A stretch of DNA of 64,000 nucleotides from Eubacteriales bacterium (GCA_045127455.1 JBGVQK010000074.1:6431-70430); one strand, 5' to 3'. Positions 20,503 to 31,349 are shown, numbered from the stretch's first letter. Notes: generated from the letters alone by a model not told the origin. Numbers and translations are program-made.

Positions 20503-21378
20503 TTGTCTGAAATTTTCATTCACGCAAGGGATCTCTGCTTTTCTTATGCCGATGAGGAGGGAAGAGAGGATAATCCCGCCCTAAAAAACTTTTCGGTGGA
20601 TATTTGCCGCGGTGAATACGTAGCGGTGCTTGGCCACAACGGCTCGGGCAAATCCACCTTTGCAAAGCTGCTGAATTATATACTGGAACCTACCTCGGGA
20701 GAGCTGACCGTGAACGGTCTTGACCTCTCGTGCAAGGATCTTTCAGATGAGGAGATCCTCATCCTTAGAAAGAACGTGGGTATGGTTTTCCAAAATCCCG
20801 ATAACCAATTGGTTGCTACAATCGTGGAGCAGGACGTTGCATTCGGCCCCGAAAATCTCGGCGTTGAACGCGAGGAGCTCCGCCGCCGTGTAGACTCTGC
20901 ATTGGAAACGGTTGGTATGACCGCCTATGCCAAGCACGAGCCGCATAGGCTTTCGGGCGGACAAAAGCAGCGCGTTGCCATTGCGGGCATTCTTGCTATG
21001 ATGCCGCAATGCGTCGTTTTTGATGAATCTACCGCTATGCTCGACCCGGGTGGGCGTCGCGAGGTGCTCGATACCATTCGCAAGCTCAACCGCGAGTACG
21101 GTATGACGGTGCTCAACATTACACACTATATGAACGAGGCTGCCGAGGCAGATCGCATCATCGTTATCAACGATGGCGAGCTTTTGATGGATGGCACACC
21201 CGACGAGGTCTTTGCAAAGCGCGACACCCTTAATCGGGTAGGGCTTGAGGTTCCGCAATGTGCCGAGCTTATTCACGCTCTGCGTGCCGCAGGCATTCAC
21301 ATTGAAGGGGACACGATCTCCTCTCCCGAGGCTTGTGCCGACCTTTTGCAAAAAGCATTTACCACACGCGCAAAATAA
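20503..21378 (+). CDS. ecfA1: ECF transporter ATPase EcfA1
   Basis: GHNGSGKST, FQNPDNQ, LSGGQKQR. Confidence 0.92.
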   Translation: MSEIFIHARDLCFSYADEEGREDNPALKNFSVDICRGEYVAVLGHNGSGKSTFAKLLNYILEPTSGELTVNGLDLSCKDLSDEEILILRKNVGMVFQNPDNQLVATIVEQDVAFGPENLGVEREELRRRVDSALETVGMTAYAKHEPHRLSGGQKQRVAIAGILAMMPQCVVFDESTAMLDPGGRREVLDTIRKLNREYGMTVLNITHYMNEAAEADRIIVINDGELLMDGTPDEVFAKRDTLNRVGLEVPQCAELIHALRAAGIHIEGDTISSPEACADLLQKAFTTRAK

Positions 21379-21391
21379 AAAGAGGAATACA

Positions 21392-22348
21392 ATGAACAAG
21401 ATATATCTCGATCACGTGAGCTACGTTTACAGCGCAGGCACGCCTTATCGGCAGGTCGCGCTCGATGACGTTTCTGTTGGCATCCGAGAAGGGTGCATCA
21501 CAGGCATTATCGGTCATACTGGCTCCGGAAAATCCACCATGATGCAAATGCTCAACGGGCTCATCAAGCCCGATTCGGGCAGAGTGCTTTTGGATGGATA
21601 CGATATCAACAGTACCGTCTCCGACGTGTACGATGCGTGGAGCGAGAGAGAGGAATACGCATCTCTTTCTCCCCGCAAACGAAAAAAGAAAATGCAAGAC
21701 GAGATCCGCCAAAGAAAGTCAAAGCTTTGCTTCCGCGTCGGTCTTGTTATGCAATACCCCGAATATCAGCTCTTTGAGGAGACCGTGTATGCCGACATCG
21801 CTTTTGGCCCTCGCAATATGGGGCTTGAGGAGGCAGAGATCCGCACACGTGTGCTCGAGGCTGCCGCTTTTTGCGACATCGATGAGGCACTTTTGGATAA
21901 GTCTCCCTTTGATCTTTCGGGAGGACAAAAGCGCCGTGTTGCCCTGGCGGGTGTGATCGCCATGAGGCCCGAGGTGCTGGTTCTCGATGAGCCCGCCGCA
22001 GGTCTTGATCCCCTTGGCAGAACCTATATCTTTGAGGGGATCCGCGCATATCAAAGAAAGACGGGCTCCACCGTGCTCATCGTCAGCCACAGTATGGAGG
22101 ATATGGCACGCTATTCCGATGACGTTATTGTTCTTTCGGGTGCGCACATCCTGCGAACAGGCACGCGTGAGGAGGTCTTTGCGCACGTTGAAGAGCTTGC
22201 CCAAACAGGTCTTGACGTGCCGCAGATCACCCACATGATGCGCCTTTTGCGTGAGCGTGGCATTCCCGCTCCCAAAAACGTTTATACAGTCGAAGAGGCA
22301 ACTGCCTCTCTCAAAAAGCTGTTTTTGACGGGAGGTGAGGCACAGTGA
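21392..22348 (+). CDS. ecfA2: ECF transporter ATPase EcfA2
   Basis: GHTGSGKST, QYPEYQLFE, SPFDLSGGQKRR. Confidence 0.92.
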   Translation: MNKIYLDHVSYVYSAGTPYRQVALDDVSVGIREGCITGIIGHTGSGKSTMMQMLNGLIKPDSGRVLLDGYDINSTVSDVYDAWSEREEYASLSPRKRKKKMQDEIRQRKSKLCFRVGLVMQYPEYQLFEETVYADIAFGPRNMGLEEAEIRTRVLEAAAFCDIDEALLDKSPFDLSGGQKRRVALAGVIAMRPEVLVLDEPAAGLDPLGRTYIFEGIRAYQRKTGSTVLIVSHSMEDMARYSDDVIVLSGAHILRTGTREEVFAHVEELAQTGLDVPQITHMMRLLRERGIPAPKNVYTVEEATASLKKLFLTGGEAQ

Positions 22349-23166
22349 AGGGCGTTTCCTTTGGACAGTACTATCCTGCAAATTCCATCATTCACAAAAT
22401 GGATCCCCGCTTTAAGATCCTGCTTGCCATCACCTTTATCGTAGCAACCTTTTTGTGCAAGAGTGCCGTCTCCTTTGCGGCTCTGTTGTGCGTTGGCTTG
22501 GTACTCATTTTTGTAAGCAAGATCCCCCTGAGGATGATCGTGCGCTCGATCGCGCCTCTGCTTTTCATCATCGGCTTTACCGTTGTTATTAACATCTTTT
22601 TTGGAACAGGTGAAAATTTGCTTTTTGAAGTGTGGAAGATCCGTATTTATGCCGAGGGACTTTGGCGCGCGTTGTTTATGTTTTTGCGTATATTCGTTCT
22701 CATCACCTCAACAAGCATCTTTTTGACCTATACGACGACCCCGATGGATCTGACCGATGCACTGGAATCCTTGCTTTCCCCCCTCAAGCTTGTGCACGTT
22801 CCCGTACACGTGTTTGCTATGATGATGTCGATCACTCTGCGCTTTATTCCAACTCTTACCGAGGAGACCGAAAAGATCATGAACGCACAAAAGGCACGCG
22901 GAGCCGATTTTATGAACGGCTCGCTCATCAAGCGTGTCAAGGCGCTCATTCCCATTCTCATTCCGCTCTTCAGCTCCGCCATCAACCGCGCAACGCAGCT
23001 GGCTGATGCAATGGAGTGCCGTTGCTATCACGGCGGAGAGGGAAGAACGCGCCTAAACGTTATGAAATGGCACGCATCCGACGTTGCTTATATGCTTGTC
23101 GGCATTGCCGTTTGCGTCGGTCTTGCTCTCTTAAACCAAATTCAATTAGGATACGTTATGAATTGA
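22345..23166 (+). CDS. ecfT: ECF transporter transmembrane subunit EcfT
   Basis: GQYYP, DPRFK, AQKARG, AMECRCY. Confidence 0.92.
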   Translation: MKGVSFGQYYPANSIIHKMDPRFKILLAITFIVATFLCKSAVSFAALLCVGLVLIFVSKIPLRMIVRSIAPLLFIIGFTVVINIFFGTGENLLFEVWKIRIYAEGLWRALFMFLRIFVLITSTSIFLTYTTTPMDLTDALESLLSPLKLVHVPVHVFAMMMSITLRFIPTLTEETEKIMNAQKARGADFMNGSLIKRVKALIPILIPLFSSAINRATQLADAMECRCYHGGEGRTRLNVMKWHASDVAYMLVGIAVCVGLALLNQIQLGYVMN

Positions 23167-23167
23167 T

Positions 23168-23926
23168 ATGAAACTGTTTATCAAAGTCCAATATCTTGGA
23201 ACAAATTATTGCGGCTACCAGGTGCAGCCCAATGCACCGAGTATTCAGCAGGAATTGAATAAAGCTGCGCGTACCTTGTTTGGCTATGATTGCGATATTG
23301 TTGGTTGCAGTCGAACGGATAGCGGTGTGCACGCAAACGAATTTTGCGCAACGGTTGCACAAAAGGGAACGGATGACCTTATCACGTCTCTGCCGCCCGA
23401 GCGTGTGCCGCTGGCGTTTTCGGCACATCTGCCGCCCGATATCTGCGTTTTTGATGCAAAATGGGTCGCATCCGACTTCCACGCGCGTTATGACGTAGTC
23501 GAAAAGGAGTATATCTATCGCATTTACAATGCCACTGTCCGTTCTCCTTTTTGGGAGGGCAGAGCCTACCATCTGCCGCGCGTTTTGGATGAAGAAGCCG
23601 TGGTTCGTATGAACCGCGCCGCTGCGCACCTATTGGGCAAGCAGGATTTTTCCGCCTATATGGCGCAGGGCTCAAGTGTTACCTCAACCGTTCGCACCGT
23701 TAAGGCGGCATCGGTTGAAAAGGATGGCGAAATGCTTGTTTTTCGAATCAGTGCCGACGGTTTTCTTTATAATATGGTGCGCATTTTGGCAGGTACGCTT
23801 GTTGACGTAGGGCTTGGAAAGCTCGAGCCCGACGACATTCCCAACATCACCGCCTCGGGCGACCGCAGCCGCGCGGGAATGACGATGCCCGCCTGCGGAC
23901 TTTACCTCAATCGCGTTTTGTACTAA
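23168..23926 (+). CDS. truA: tRNA pseudouridine(38-40) synthase
   Basis: GCSRTDSGVHA, FHAR, GFLYNMVR. Confidence 0.96.
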   Translation: MKLFIKVQYLGTNYCGYQVQPNAPSIQQELNKAARTLFGYDCDIVGCSRTDSGVHANEFCATVAQKGTDDLITSLPPERVPLAFSAHLPPDICVFDAKWVASDFHARYDVVEKEYIYRIYNATVRSPFWEGRAYHLPRVLDEEAVVRMNRAAAHLLGKQDFSAYMAQGSSVTSTVRTVKAASVEKDGEMLVFRISADGFLYNMVRILAGTLVDVGLGKLEPDDIPNITASGDRSRAGMTMPACGLYLNRVLY

Positions 23927-23960
23927 ACAAGATCTTTACTGTGCAGAAAGGAGGAACGCC

Positions 23961-25190
23961 TTGAATTTTCCCAAAAGACAGCCCAAAGCGGCAAAAGGTG
24001 CAATGGCACCCGAGGCAAAGCTTGGCAAAATGAGAAATGAATACTACGAGAACATTTCGGCAGGATTGGGAATCGTGCAGGTCGTTCTGTATCTTTCGCT
24101 GCTCGCATTCGTAGTGCTCTCATTCTTAACGAATACAAATTTGATCACCTATCAAAACTTTTATCATTTCTTTCAAGATCTGAACGCCTCTGCCGAGCGC
24201 GTGGATATTTTCTCACACGATTCGGTTTCATATCCTACCAACGATGAGCAGAGCTTTACGCTTTACCGCAAAGGCTTGGCGGTAGTTGGGAACACTGGCG
24301 TTACCATTTTTTCGGCAACGGGACGCCAGCTTGTCAGCCACGGTATTCAGTATAACGATCCCGTAGCGGTTGGCTCGGGGAAATACCTTTTGGTTTATGA
24401 GCGCGGTGGCAAGCAATATTCGCTTTACAATGCCAACACACAAATGCACGTGGGAGAGACCGAATATCCCATTTTCGGTGGGGCAGTATCCGATTCGGGA
24501 ATGTACGCCATCATCTCCTCGGCAAGTGATGCCAACTCGGCGGTTTATCTTTACAATAACCGTTTTGCACTCATCAATATTTACAAAAAGGGCGGCAACG
24601 TTCTCGATGCCGCTATTTCGGCTGACGGCAAGAGAATTGCCCTTTTAACGGTGACGCCAAAGGATGGCGGAGCCGTTAGCTCGGTAATGATTGCCGAGCC
24701 CGGAAAGGGAAGCGCTATTGCCGAAAAGGAGATCGCATCCACTCTCGGCTTGCAGTGTCATTTTACCGAGGCGGGCAAGCTTGCCGTGCTTTGCACAACG
24801 GGAGTTGCCTATCTTTCAAACAACGGGGAATTGGAATTCTTTTACGATTTTGAAGGAAAAATTCCCGCCACAGCCGATGTTTCGGCAAACGGAGTTGCGG
24901 TTTGCTTGAAAAAAAGTGCAATTTCCGAAAAAAATATTATAATTATATTTGACAAAAGCGGAAAAATAGTGTATAATGATGTTGTTCCCCAAAGCGTTGA
25001 TCAGATCGCTTACCGATCGGGCGTGCTTTTCTTCGCCGATCATGGCGGAGTGAGTCGGCTCGATATTCAAAGCGGTCAGGTCGATTTTGAGGAATACGTA
25101 ACGGACGGTAAGGTGTTGCTTGCCATTAACGAGCGGGAAATTCTTCTTTGCTCACCGCAAAAAGCAGTTTACATTACCTTCCGCACATAA
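23961..25190 (+). CDS. Membrane-anchored beta-propeller-like protein (DUF5711-like)
   Basis: Single N-terminal TM then repeated beta-rich blades; located upstream of cvpA. Confidence 0.6.
   Translation: MNFPKRQPKAAKGAMAPEAKLGKMRNEYYENISAGLGIVQVVLYLSLLAFVVLSFLTNTNLITYQNFYHFFQDLNASAERVDIFSHDSVSYPTNDEQSFTLYRKGLAVVGNTGVTIFSATGRQLVSHGIQYNDPVAVGSGKYLLVYERGGKQYSLYNANTQMHVGETEYPIFGGAVSDSGMYAIISSASDANSAVYLYNNRFALINIYKKGGNVLDAAISADGKRIALLTVTPKDGGAVSSVMIAEPGKGSAIAEKEIASTLGLQCHFTEAGKLAVLCTTGVAYLSNNGELEFFYDFEGKIPATADVSANGVAVCLKKSAISEKNIIIIFDKSGKIVYNDVVPQSVDQIAYRSGVLFFADHGGVSRLDIQSGQVDFEEYVTDGKVLLAINEREILLCSPQKAVYITFRT
24949..24977 (+). promoter_or_regulatory. Consensus sigmaA promoter inside the coding sequence
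   Basis: TTGACA-17-TATAAT, about 240 bp upstream of the CvpA gene. Confidence 0.65.
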
Positions 25191-25216
25191 AAACTTTTAT
25201 AAAGGAGACTTTAACT

Positions 25217-25777
25217 ATGATTCTCGACGTTGTATTTATTCTTGTCGCCATCATCTTTATTGCCGTAGGCGCCAAGAGAGGCTTCATTAAGAGCTTGATT
25301 CAATCGGCTAAGTTCCTGCTTGCAGTTGCTATCACCTATTTTGTTGGTCCTATCACCAGCGGCTTTATCAAGGATCAATTCATCTTCCAACCCGTTTACG
25401 ATTGGCTCAATGACGTTGGTACCAGCGTAGTAGACACACTTCCCGCATTCCTGCGCCCCGAAGAAGGCGTTGTCGGCGAAGAGATCTATCCCATTGCCGA
25501 TTCCGTATCCGGTGCTATCTCCAACATCATCGGTTACATCGTAACCTTCATTCTGGCAATCGTTCTGCTCACCATTCTTGCATGGCTTTTGACCAAGCTC
25601 ACCGATAAGATCACTCTCTTCGGCACTGCAAACCGCATTCTTGGAGGCGTATTCGGTGCTTTGATGGGCGTTCTCGTTCTGTTTGTTGCTGCTGCTATCA
25701 TTAAGTACCTTGATGCAGAAGGCACCATTTATCCCCAAACCTACGTTGTTCAATTTCTGGGCAACTTCGCTCCCTAA
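25217..25777 (+). CDS. CvpA family membrane protein
   Basis: ILDVVF..GAKRGFIKSL; NRILGGVFG. Confidence 0.85.
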   Translation: MILDVVFILVAIIFIAVGAKRGFIKSLIQSAKFLLAVAITYFVGPITSGFIKDQFIFQPVYDWLNDVGTSVVDTLPAFLRPEEGVVGEEIYPIADSVSGAISNIIGYIVTFILAIVLLTILAWLLTKLTDKITLFGTANRILGGVFGALMGVLVLFVAAAIIKYLDAEGTIYPQTYVVQFLGNFAP

Positions 25778-25810
25778 TTGAGCACAATTTTCAATCGAAT
25801 CGTATCCCGA

Positions 25811-25841
25811 AAAAGCCTGCCGTTTCTTCGGTAGGCTTTTT
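25811..25841 (+). terminator. Intrinsic terminator after the CvpA gene
   Basis: AAAAGCCTGCCG..CGGTAGGCTTTT. Confidence 0.7.
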
Positions 25842-25876
25842 CAAAAATTCAAATAGAAAGGACTCATTAACAACCC

Positions 25877-28204
25877 ATGGTAATGTGTTCACAGTGCCAT
25901 AAGCGTATGGCAGTTATCTTTGTTACAAAAATGGAAAACGGCGAAAAGAGCACAAAGGGTCTTTGCCTCAAATGCGCCAAGGAGATGGGCGTGCCCGTTG
26001 ATAACCTTGTAGGCAACGTTATGGGGCAGTTTGGCATTTCTCCCGAGCAGCTTGAGGGGGCTGAGGACGATATCAATGCAATGCTTGCAGGCACCGAAAC
26101 TCCATCCGACGCTGACGACAACGAGGATGGCGGTGCACCGGCTATCGATCTGCCCAAGCTCTTCCGCGATGCGGGACTCTTTTCCCAAAAGCCCGATGAA
26201 AACGCACCCGACGTTCCAAAAACCAACCAAAGCGATAAAAAATCCGACAAGAAAAAGGCAAAAGAAGAGAAAAAGCTCAAGTTTTTGCCCACGTATAGCC
26301 GCAATCTCACGCAGTATGCGCGTGAAGGAAAGCTTGATCAAATTATCGGTCGCGATCGCGAGCTTTCTCGCGTGATCCAAATTCTTTGCCGCCGTCAAAA
26401 GAACAACCCCTGCCTCATTGGTGAGCCCGGTGTTGGTAAAACGGCAATTGCCGAGGCGCTTGCTATTCGCATTGCATCCGGCAACGTTCCTTACAAGCTG
26501 CAGGGCAAGGAGATCTACCTTTTGGATATGACCGCACTTGTTGCGGGAACGCAGTTCCGTGGACAGTTTGAATCGCGTATTCTCGGCTTGCTTGGCGAGG
26601 TCACCGCGGTTGGCAATGCAATTCTTGTTATCGACGAGGTTCACAACATCGTTGGTGCAGGAGATGCCGAGGGAAGCGTCAATGCCGCAAACATCCTCAA
26701 GCCCGCACTTTCGCGCGGTGAGGTGCAGATCATCGGTGCTACAACCTTAAATGAATATCGCAAATATATCGAAAAGGATTCCGCGCTTGAGCGTCGCTTC
26801 CAGCCCGTCACCGTCAACGAGCCCTCTGTTGAGGAAACGATGGAGATGCTGTGCGGTATCAAGCACTACTACGAGGAATTCCACGGTGTTATCGTGCCCG
26901 AAAACGTTTTGCGCCGTGCCGTTGTGCTTTCCGAGCGTTATATCACAGACCGCTATCTGCCCGACAAGGCGATCGACCTTTTGGACGAAGCCGCTTCGGC
27001 ACTGTCTCTTTCGTCTGCCGTAATCAACGAGTCTTACCGCATTCGCGACAGACTCCTTGACCTCAAGCAAAAGAGGGAAGCGCTTGAGGGCGAGATCGCA
27101 GGCAACGATGCCGTTGAGCAAAATCGCTATGAAGAGATCGCAAACGTGCGTGCAGAGGAGCTCAAGCTCTCTGAACGCTTGAATGAAATAGAGCCCGAGA
27201 CCAAAAAGGTCACCTTGACCGAGGAAGAGATCGCAAACGTGATCGAGCTTTGGACGGGTGTTCCCGCAACCAGCATAACCGAGAACGAATTTGCACAAAT
27301 TGATCGCCTTGAAAGTAAACTCAAGGAGCATATCATCGGTCAGGATACCGCCGTTTCGGCAGTCTCCAAGGCAATCAAGCGCCACCGCGCGGGCATTGCT
27401 TACAAGAGAAAGCCCGTTTCCTTCATTTTTGCAGGACCTACGGGCGTGGGTAAGACCGAGCTTGTCAAAACTCTGGCAAACGAGCTTTTCCATTCTCCCG
27501 AAACCCTGATCCGCCTCGATATGTCCGAGTTTATGGAAAAGCACAGCGTTTCCCGCATTATTGGAGCGCCTCCCGGATACGTTGGCTACGACGAGGCAGG
27601 GCAGCTGACCGAAAAGATCCGCCGCCGTCCCTATTCCATCGTCCTTTTTGATGAGATCGAAAAGGCACACCCCGACGTGCTTAACATTCTCTTGCAAATT
27701 TTGGATGACGGACGCATCACCGATGCAAGAGGAAAGACGGTCAACTTTGAAAACACGGTTATCGTTATGACCACCAATGCAGGCTCCGACCGTTCGGGTG
27801 CTGCCGCAGGCTTTGCGATCAGCGAGCAGACGGCCGCCGAGAGCAAAACGCAAAAGGCGCTTGAAGGCTTCTTACGCCCCGAGTTTATCAACCGTGTGGA
27901 TGAGATCATCACCTTCCGTCAGCTTGACGAGCGCGATTTTGTAGGCATTGCACGCATTATGCTCGAGGAGCTCAAGACCTCGCTTGCCGAAAAATCCATT
28001 GCGCTCTCTTATACTGACGAGGCTTTGGAGCACATTGCAAAGGCATCCTTCTCGCGCAAATTCGGTGCGCGTAATATGCGCCGCTATATTCAAAAAGAGG
28101 TTGAAGACCGCCTGGCAGAAAAGCTTATTGCCGACTATACACATTCGTATAGCGTGGCAAAGGTCGTTCTTGAGGGCGATAGCATCAACGTGCTTTGTAT
28201 GTAA
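25877..28204 (+). CDS. ATP-dependent Clp protease ATPase subunit (ClpE/ClpC-like) with N-terminal Zn finger
   Basis: CxxC..CxxC N-terminus; two AAA+ modules ([16 protein letters not shown]); AGF loop. Confidence 0.9.
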   Translation: MVMCSQCHKRMAVIFVTKMENGEKSTKGLCLKCAKEMGVPVDNLVGNVMGQFGISPEQLEGAEDDINAMLAGTETPSDADDNEDGGAPAIDLPKLFRDAGLFSQKPDENAPDVPKTNQSDKKSDKKKAKEEKKLKFLPTYSRNLTQYAREGKLDQIIGRDRELSRVIQILCRRQKNNPCLIGEPGVGKTAIAEALAIRIASGNVPYKLQGKEIYLLDMTALVAGTQFRGQFESRILGLLGEVTAVGNAILVIDEVHNIVGAGDAEGSVNAANILKPALSRGEVQIIGATTLNEYRKYIEKDSALERRFQPVTVNEPSVEETMEMLCGIKHYYEEFHGVIVPENVLRRAVVLSERYITDRYLPDKAIDLLDEAASALSLSSAVINESYRIRDRLLDLKQKREALEGEIAGNDAVEQNRYEEIANVRAEELKLSERLNEIEPETKKVTLTEEEIANVIELWTGVPATSITENEFAQIDRLESKLKEHIIGQDTAVSAVSKAIKRHRAGIAYKRKPVSFIFAGPTGVGKTELVKTLANELFHSPETLIRLDMSEFMEKHSVSRIIGAPPGYVGYDEAGQLTEKIRRRPYSIVLFDEIEKAHPDVLNILLQILDDGRITDARGKTVNFENTVIVMTTNAGSDRSGAAAGFAISEQTAAESKTQKALEGFLRPEFINRVDEIITFRQLDERDFVGIARIMLEELKTSLAEKSIALSYTDEALEHIAKASFSRKFGARNMRRYIQKEVEDRLAEKLIADYTHSYSVAKVVLEGDSINVLCM

Positions 28205-28221
28205 GTATTTAAGGAGATTTT

Positions 28222-30936
28222 ATGAACGAAAACGGTTCGAGATGGCATCAAGCGACGCCACAGTCGTTGTGCCAGCACTTGCATACCAATGCCGCCTGCG
28301 GGCTTTCCCGCAAGGCGGCTCGTTCTCGTCTTAAAAAGCAGGGGAGAAATCCCTTATTCGACGACACAATGCAAAAAAAGAAAAGTCCGATCAAAAGCTT
28401 GCTCTTTGACCCTGCAACGCTTTTGATGCTCTTTTCGGCATTGCTTGCCGTCGTTTTTTTGTCACCCTTGCAGGTGGTTTGCACGGTTGTCGTTCTGCTT
28501 TTGTTGGTAGCCGCGCTCTTGCGCATTTATTACAAAAGCGAGGAGCTTTTACGCGTTACGGCACAGTATCGCACCCCTACGGTAAGGGTTTTGCGCGATG
28601 GCAGAATCTTCACCGTTTCAGCCGCTCGCGTGGTTGTAGGAGACATTTTGCTTTTGCATACGGGCGATATCGTTCCCGGTGACTGCCGCCTTCTTAACGC
28701 GCAGCAGCTGCGTGTGCTGACCCTGCAACCGAACGAAAAGGGCAACCCCATCTACAAGGAATACGCCAAAAATGCCGATGTCACCTATCCCTACGGCACG
28801 CACGTGGATGCACCTCTTGCCGAAAATATGCTTTACGGCGGCTCAGAGATCCTTTGCGGAGAGGCAAAAGCTGTTTTGGTAGCCACGGGTGAGCATTCTT
28901 ACCTTGGCGCTATGCACTCCTTTACGCTGCCCGCAGAGATCAAAGAGAAAAACGGAGAGACACCGATGCAAAGGATCTTGCGTCCCTACTTGCGCCTTTG
29001 GGGCTTTTTCTCGCTTATCCTTTTAGGCGTTTTGATGGTGATCGGGCTCATTTCAAAGCCCACGGGCGGAGACTTGACCGAATACTTCTTTACTCTGTGC
29101 ATTTTCATTGCAGCAGCTTCGCCTGCGGTCCTTTCCTTGTATTTGCATTGGATAGCCGTAAGAGGTAGGCTTTTGTGCATTGAAAATGACCCGCCAAAGA
29201 ATAGAGCCGTTATTAAAACCGAGGCAGGCGTTGCCAAGCTTGCGGGAGTGACCGATCTGTTTGTGGTCGGCAAGCGCGGACTTTGCGATGGCATCACACA
29301 TTTTTGGTCTGCTTTCGTTAAAGAAAGAGAGCTTCTCAAAAGCTCCGATGAAAACAAAACAGATCTGCAGCCTTTATGCGAGGCAATGCTTTTGCGCCAC
29401 GAGGCAGAAATGCATTCACTCACCGCAGGCGGTCTTTCTTCCAATGAAGCAAAAGCTGCTTTTCTCACTGAATTAAGCGATCTTTGCGGTTTTGACGTTG
29501 GCGCACTCAAGGTGCGTTTGCAGAAGATCCAAAGAGATACATACCCAAAGCACTCTTCTTGGCAGTGCATCACTGCTCACCTGCAAGAGGGGGTAACACG
29601 TTATTTGTTTGACAACAGCGGAACGCTGATGCGCCATTGTATGCTTTATGCGGACGGAGCACGAATGCGTGCCATCACGCCCGAATATCGTTCAACGCTG
29701 CGCAAATATTGCGAATATGCAGAAGAAAACGGCTGCCGCACGCTTTGCGTTGCAAAGGAAAGCCGCGACGGCACGCTTGTGCTTGTCGGTATTCTTGCCT
29801 TGCGCGAGCAAGTAAGTGCCGTTTTGCCCTCGGTCGTCGAGGAGCTTTCGCAATCGGGCATCACAACACGCTTTTTCCTCTCCGATGATGATTATGCACG
29901 CGTTTGCCGCTTGCCCGAGCCTTATCTCTATTGCAACACCGCGCACCCAAATCTTACACCGGCACTTTTGCAATCCTACCGCACCTTTATTGGCTTTTCC
30001 AAGGAAGAACTTTCCGTGCTTCTTCCCACATATCAAAAGGGGGCGCACCGCATAGCCGTTCTTGGCGGCAAAGCAGATGACAATTGTTTTTTGCGCGCGG
30101 GCGTTCTCACGCTTGCGTGTGATACGGTCGCAGACTTGAAGCATTATGCAGAAAATCATATTGAAGAAGCCCTGGAAGATGACGGGGGAGAGGGAAGTCA
30201 CAATGCCTCTCAAGTGCTCCGTCGACACGCTGACGTCATTATTGAGCGTGCCGATCGCTCCTCGGGTGGCGTGTATGCCGCCCTGCAAGCAATTTCCCAT
30301 AGCCGTGCCGTGCAGGCGCGCACGCGGATCTTTTTGCAATTTTGGGTGCTTTCGCAAATCTCTCGCATCCTAATGATATTACTTTGCGTTTGCAGCGGCA
30401 TCGGACTCTTTTCTGCTTTGCAAATGTTCCTCTCAAGCCTTGCTGTCGAAGGGGTAGCGCTTTGCTTTATTGCGGAAGCTCCAATCTCTCAATTCGCATT
30501 GCGACAGTCCGGAACGCTTGACCAAAAGTTTATTCTCCAAACGCTGCTTTCCAAAAAATCGCTTTTGCCTGCCGTGATCTCTGCCGGCGTTACCGCACTT
30601 TTAACAATAGTGTTGACTTTGACGGGAGTCCTGACCCAAAGTGTCGCGCAAACCTATCTTTTCTTTGCACTTTTCCTTTTGCAAATCGGCATCTTTTGTC
30701 GCATTTGCTATAAAGCAGGGGTAAAATCGCAAAGCAAAAGAGTCGCTATCCTTGGCGGTATATTGCTTGCAGCGGTTGCACTTTTAACCCTTTTGTCCTC
30801 GCTGATCTCTTCCTTTGGAGCGGCTACCGGTATGGGAGCTTGGATGGCGCTGACGGCAATTTTGTTGCCCTTGGCACCCGCCGTTTATTTTCTTTTAACG
30901 CTTCTTTTGCCTTTTTTGCATAGGACAGCCAAATAA
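28222..30936 (+). CDS. P-type ATPase-like membrane protein lacking catalytic motifs
   Basis: VLRDG, VVGDILLL.TGDIVPGDCRL, VATGEHS.LG, ADVII; no DKTGT, TGES or GDGxND. Confidence 0.8.
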   Translation: MNENGSRWHQATPQSLCQHLHTNAACGLSRKAARSRLKKQGRNPLFDDTMQKKKSPIKSLLFDPATLLMLFSALLAVVFLSPLQVVCTVVVLLLLVAALLRIYYKSEELLRVTAQYRTPTVRVLRDGRIFTVSAARVVVGDILLLHTGDIVPGDCRLLNAQQLRVLTLQPNEKGNPIYKEYAKNADVTYPYGTHVDAPLAENMLYGGSEILCGEAKAVLVATGEHSYLGAMHSFTLPAEIKEKNGETPMQRILRPYLRLWGFFSLILLGVLMVIGLISKPTGGDLTEYFFTLCIFIAAASPAVLSLYLHWIAVRGRLLCIENDPPKNRAVIKTEAGVAKLAGVTDLFVVGKRGLCDGITHFWSAFVKERELLKSSDENKTDLQPLCEAMLLRHEAEMHSLTAGGLSSNEAKAAFLTELSDLCGFDVGALKVRLQKIQRDTYPKHSSWQCITAHLQEGVTRYLFDNSGTLMRHCMLYADGARMRAITPEYRSTLRKYCEYAEENGCRTLCVAKESRDGTLVLVGILALREQVSAVLPSVVEELSQSGITTRFFLSDDDYARVCRLPEPYLYCNTAHPNLTPALLQSYRTFIGFSKEELSVLLPTYQKGAHRIAVLGGKADDNCFLRAGVLTLACDTVADLKHYAENHIEEALEDDGGEGSHNASQVLRRHADVIIERADRSSGGVYAALQAISHSRAVQARTRIFLQFWVLSQISRILMILLCVCSGIGLFSALQMFLSSLAVEGVALCFIAEAPISQFALRQSGTLDQKFILQTLLSKKSLLPAVISAGVTALLTIVLTLTGVLTQSVAQTYLFFALFLLQIGIFCRICYKAGVKSQSKRVAILGGILLAAVALLTLLSSLISSFGAATGMGAWMALTAILLPLAPAVYFLLTLLLPFLHRTAK

Positions 30937-30992
30937 TCTCCTCGGTCTGCATACAATTGCAGTAGAAAACCGAACAAAGGAGAGATTTTGCA

Positions 30993-31286
30993 ATGAAACG
31001 ATGCAGTACCCGCGATTTGCGCAAATTAGAGATCATCAATTTGTGTGACGGGACCCGACTTGGGTGTGCAAGCGATTTTGAGTTTGATTGCGAGGATGCC
31101 AAAATTCTGGCTCTTGTGATCGCAGGAAGCGACGGACTTTTTGGAATGGGCAGGGAAGATGACATCATCATCCCCTGGCATAAGATCGAATGCTTTGGCG
31201 AGGATACCATTCTTGTGCGCCTTTCGCCCTCCGATCTTTCGTGCTGCCTTTGCCCAAGACCCAAAAGGAAAGGGATGCGCTATTAA
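30993..31286 (+). CDS. YlmC/YmxH family PRC-barrel sporulation protein
   Basis: EIINLCDGTRLG, IPWHKIECFGEDTILV; CATACAAT sigmaE-type -10 just upstream. Confidence 0.88.
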   Translation: MKRCSTRDLRKLEIINLCDGTRLGCASDFEFDCEDAKILALVIAGSDGLFGMGREDDIIIPWHKIECFGEDTILVRLSPSDLSCCLCPRPKRKGMRY

Positions 31287-31320
31287 ATTGTAAAAAAACT
31301 GTAAACAAACAATATTTTGC

Positions 31321-31349
31321 TTGCAAAGATATATATTATATGATATAAT
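31321..31349 (+). promoter_or_regulatory. sigmaA promoter of rpsB-tsf
   Basis: TTGCAA-17-TATAAT with TG extension. Confidence 0.75.

Noticed and set aside
25877-28204. Second Clp ATPase as a novelty
   Set aside because: A Zn-finger ClpE/ClpC-like paralog alongside clpC is common in Firmicutes.
28222-30936. P-type ATPase as a pseudogene
   Set aside because: The 904-codon frame is uninterrupted with an RBS; better treated as a pseudo-enzyme.
31289-31305. TGTAAA-N5-TGTAAA WalR-like box upstream of rpsB
   Set aside because: Low-complexity AT-rich context and an implausible target; likely chance or part of an UP element.
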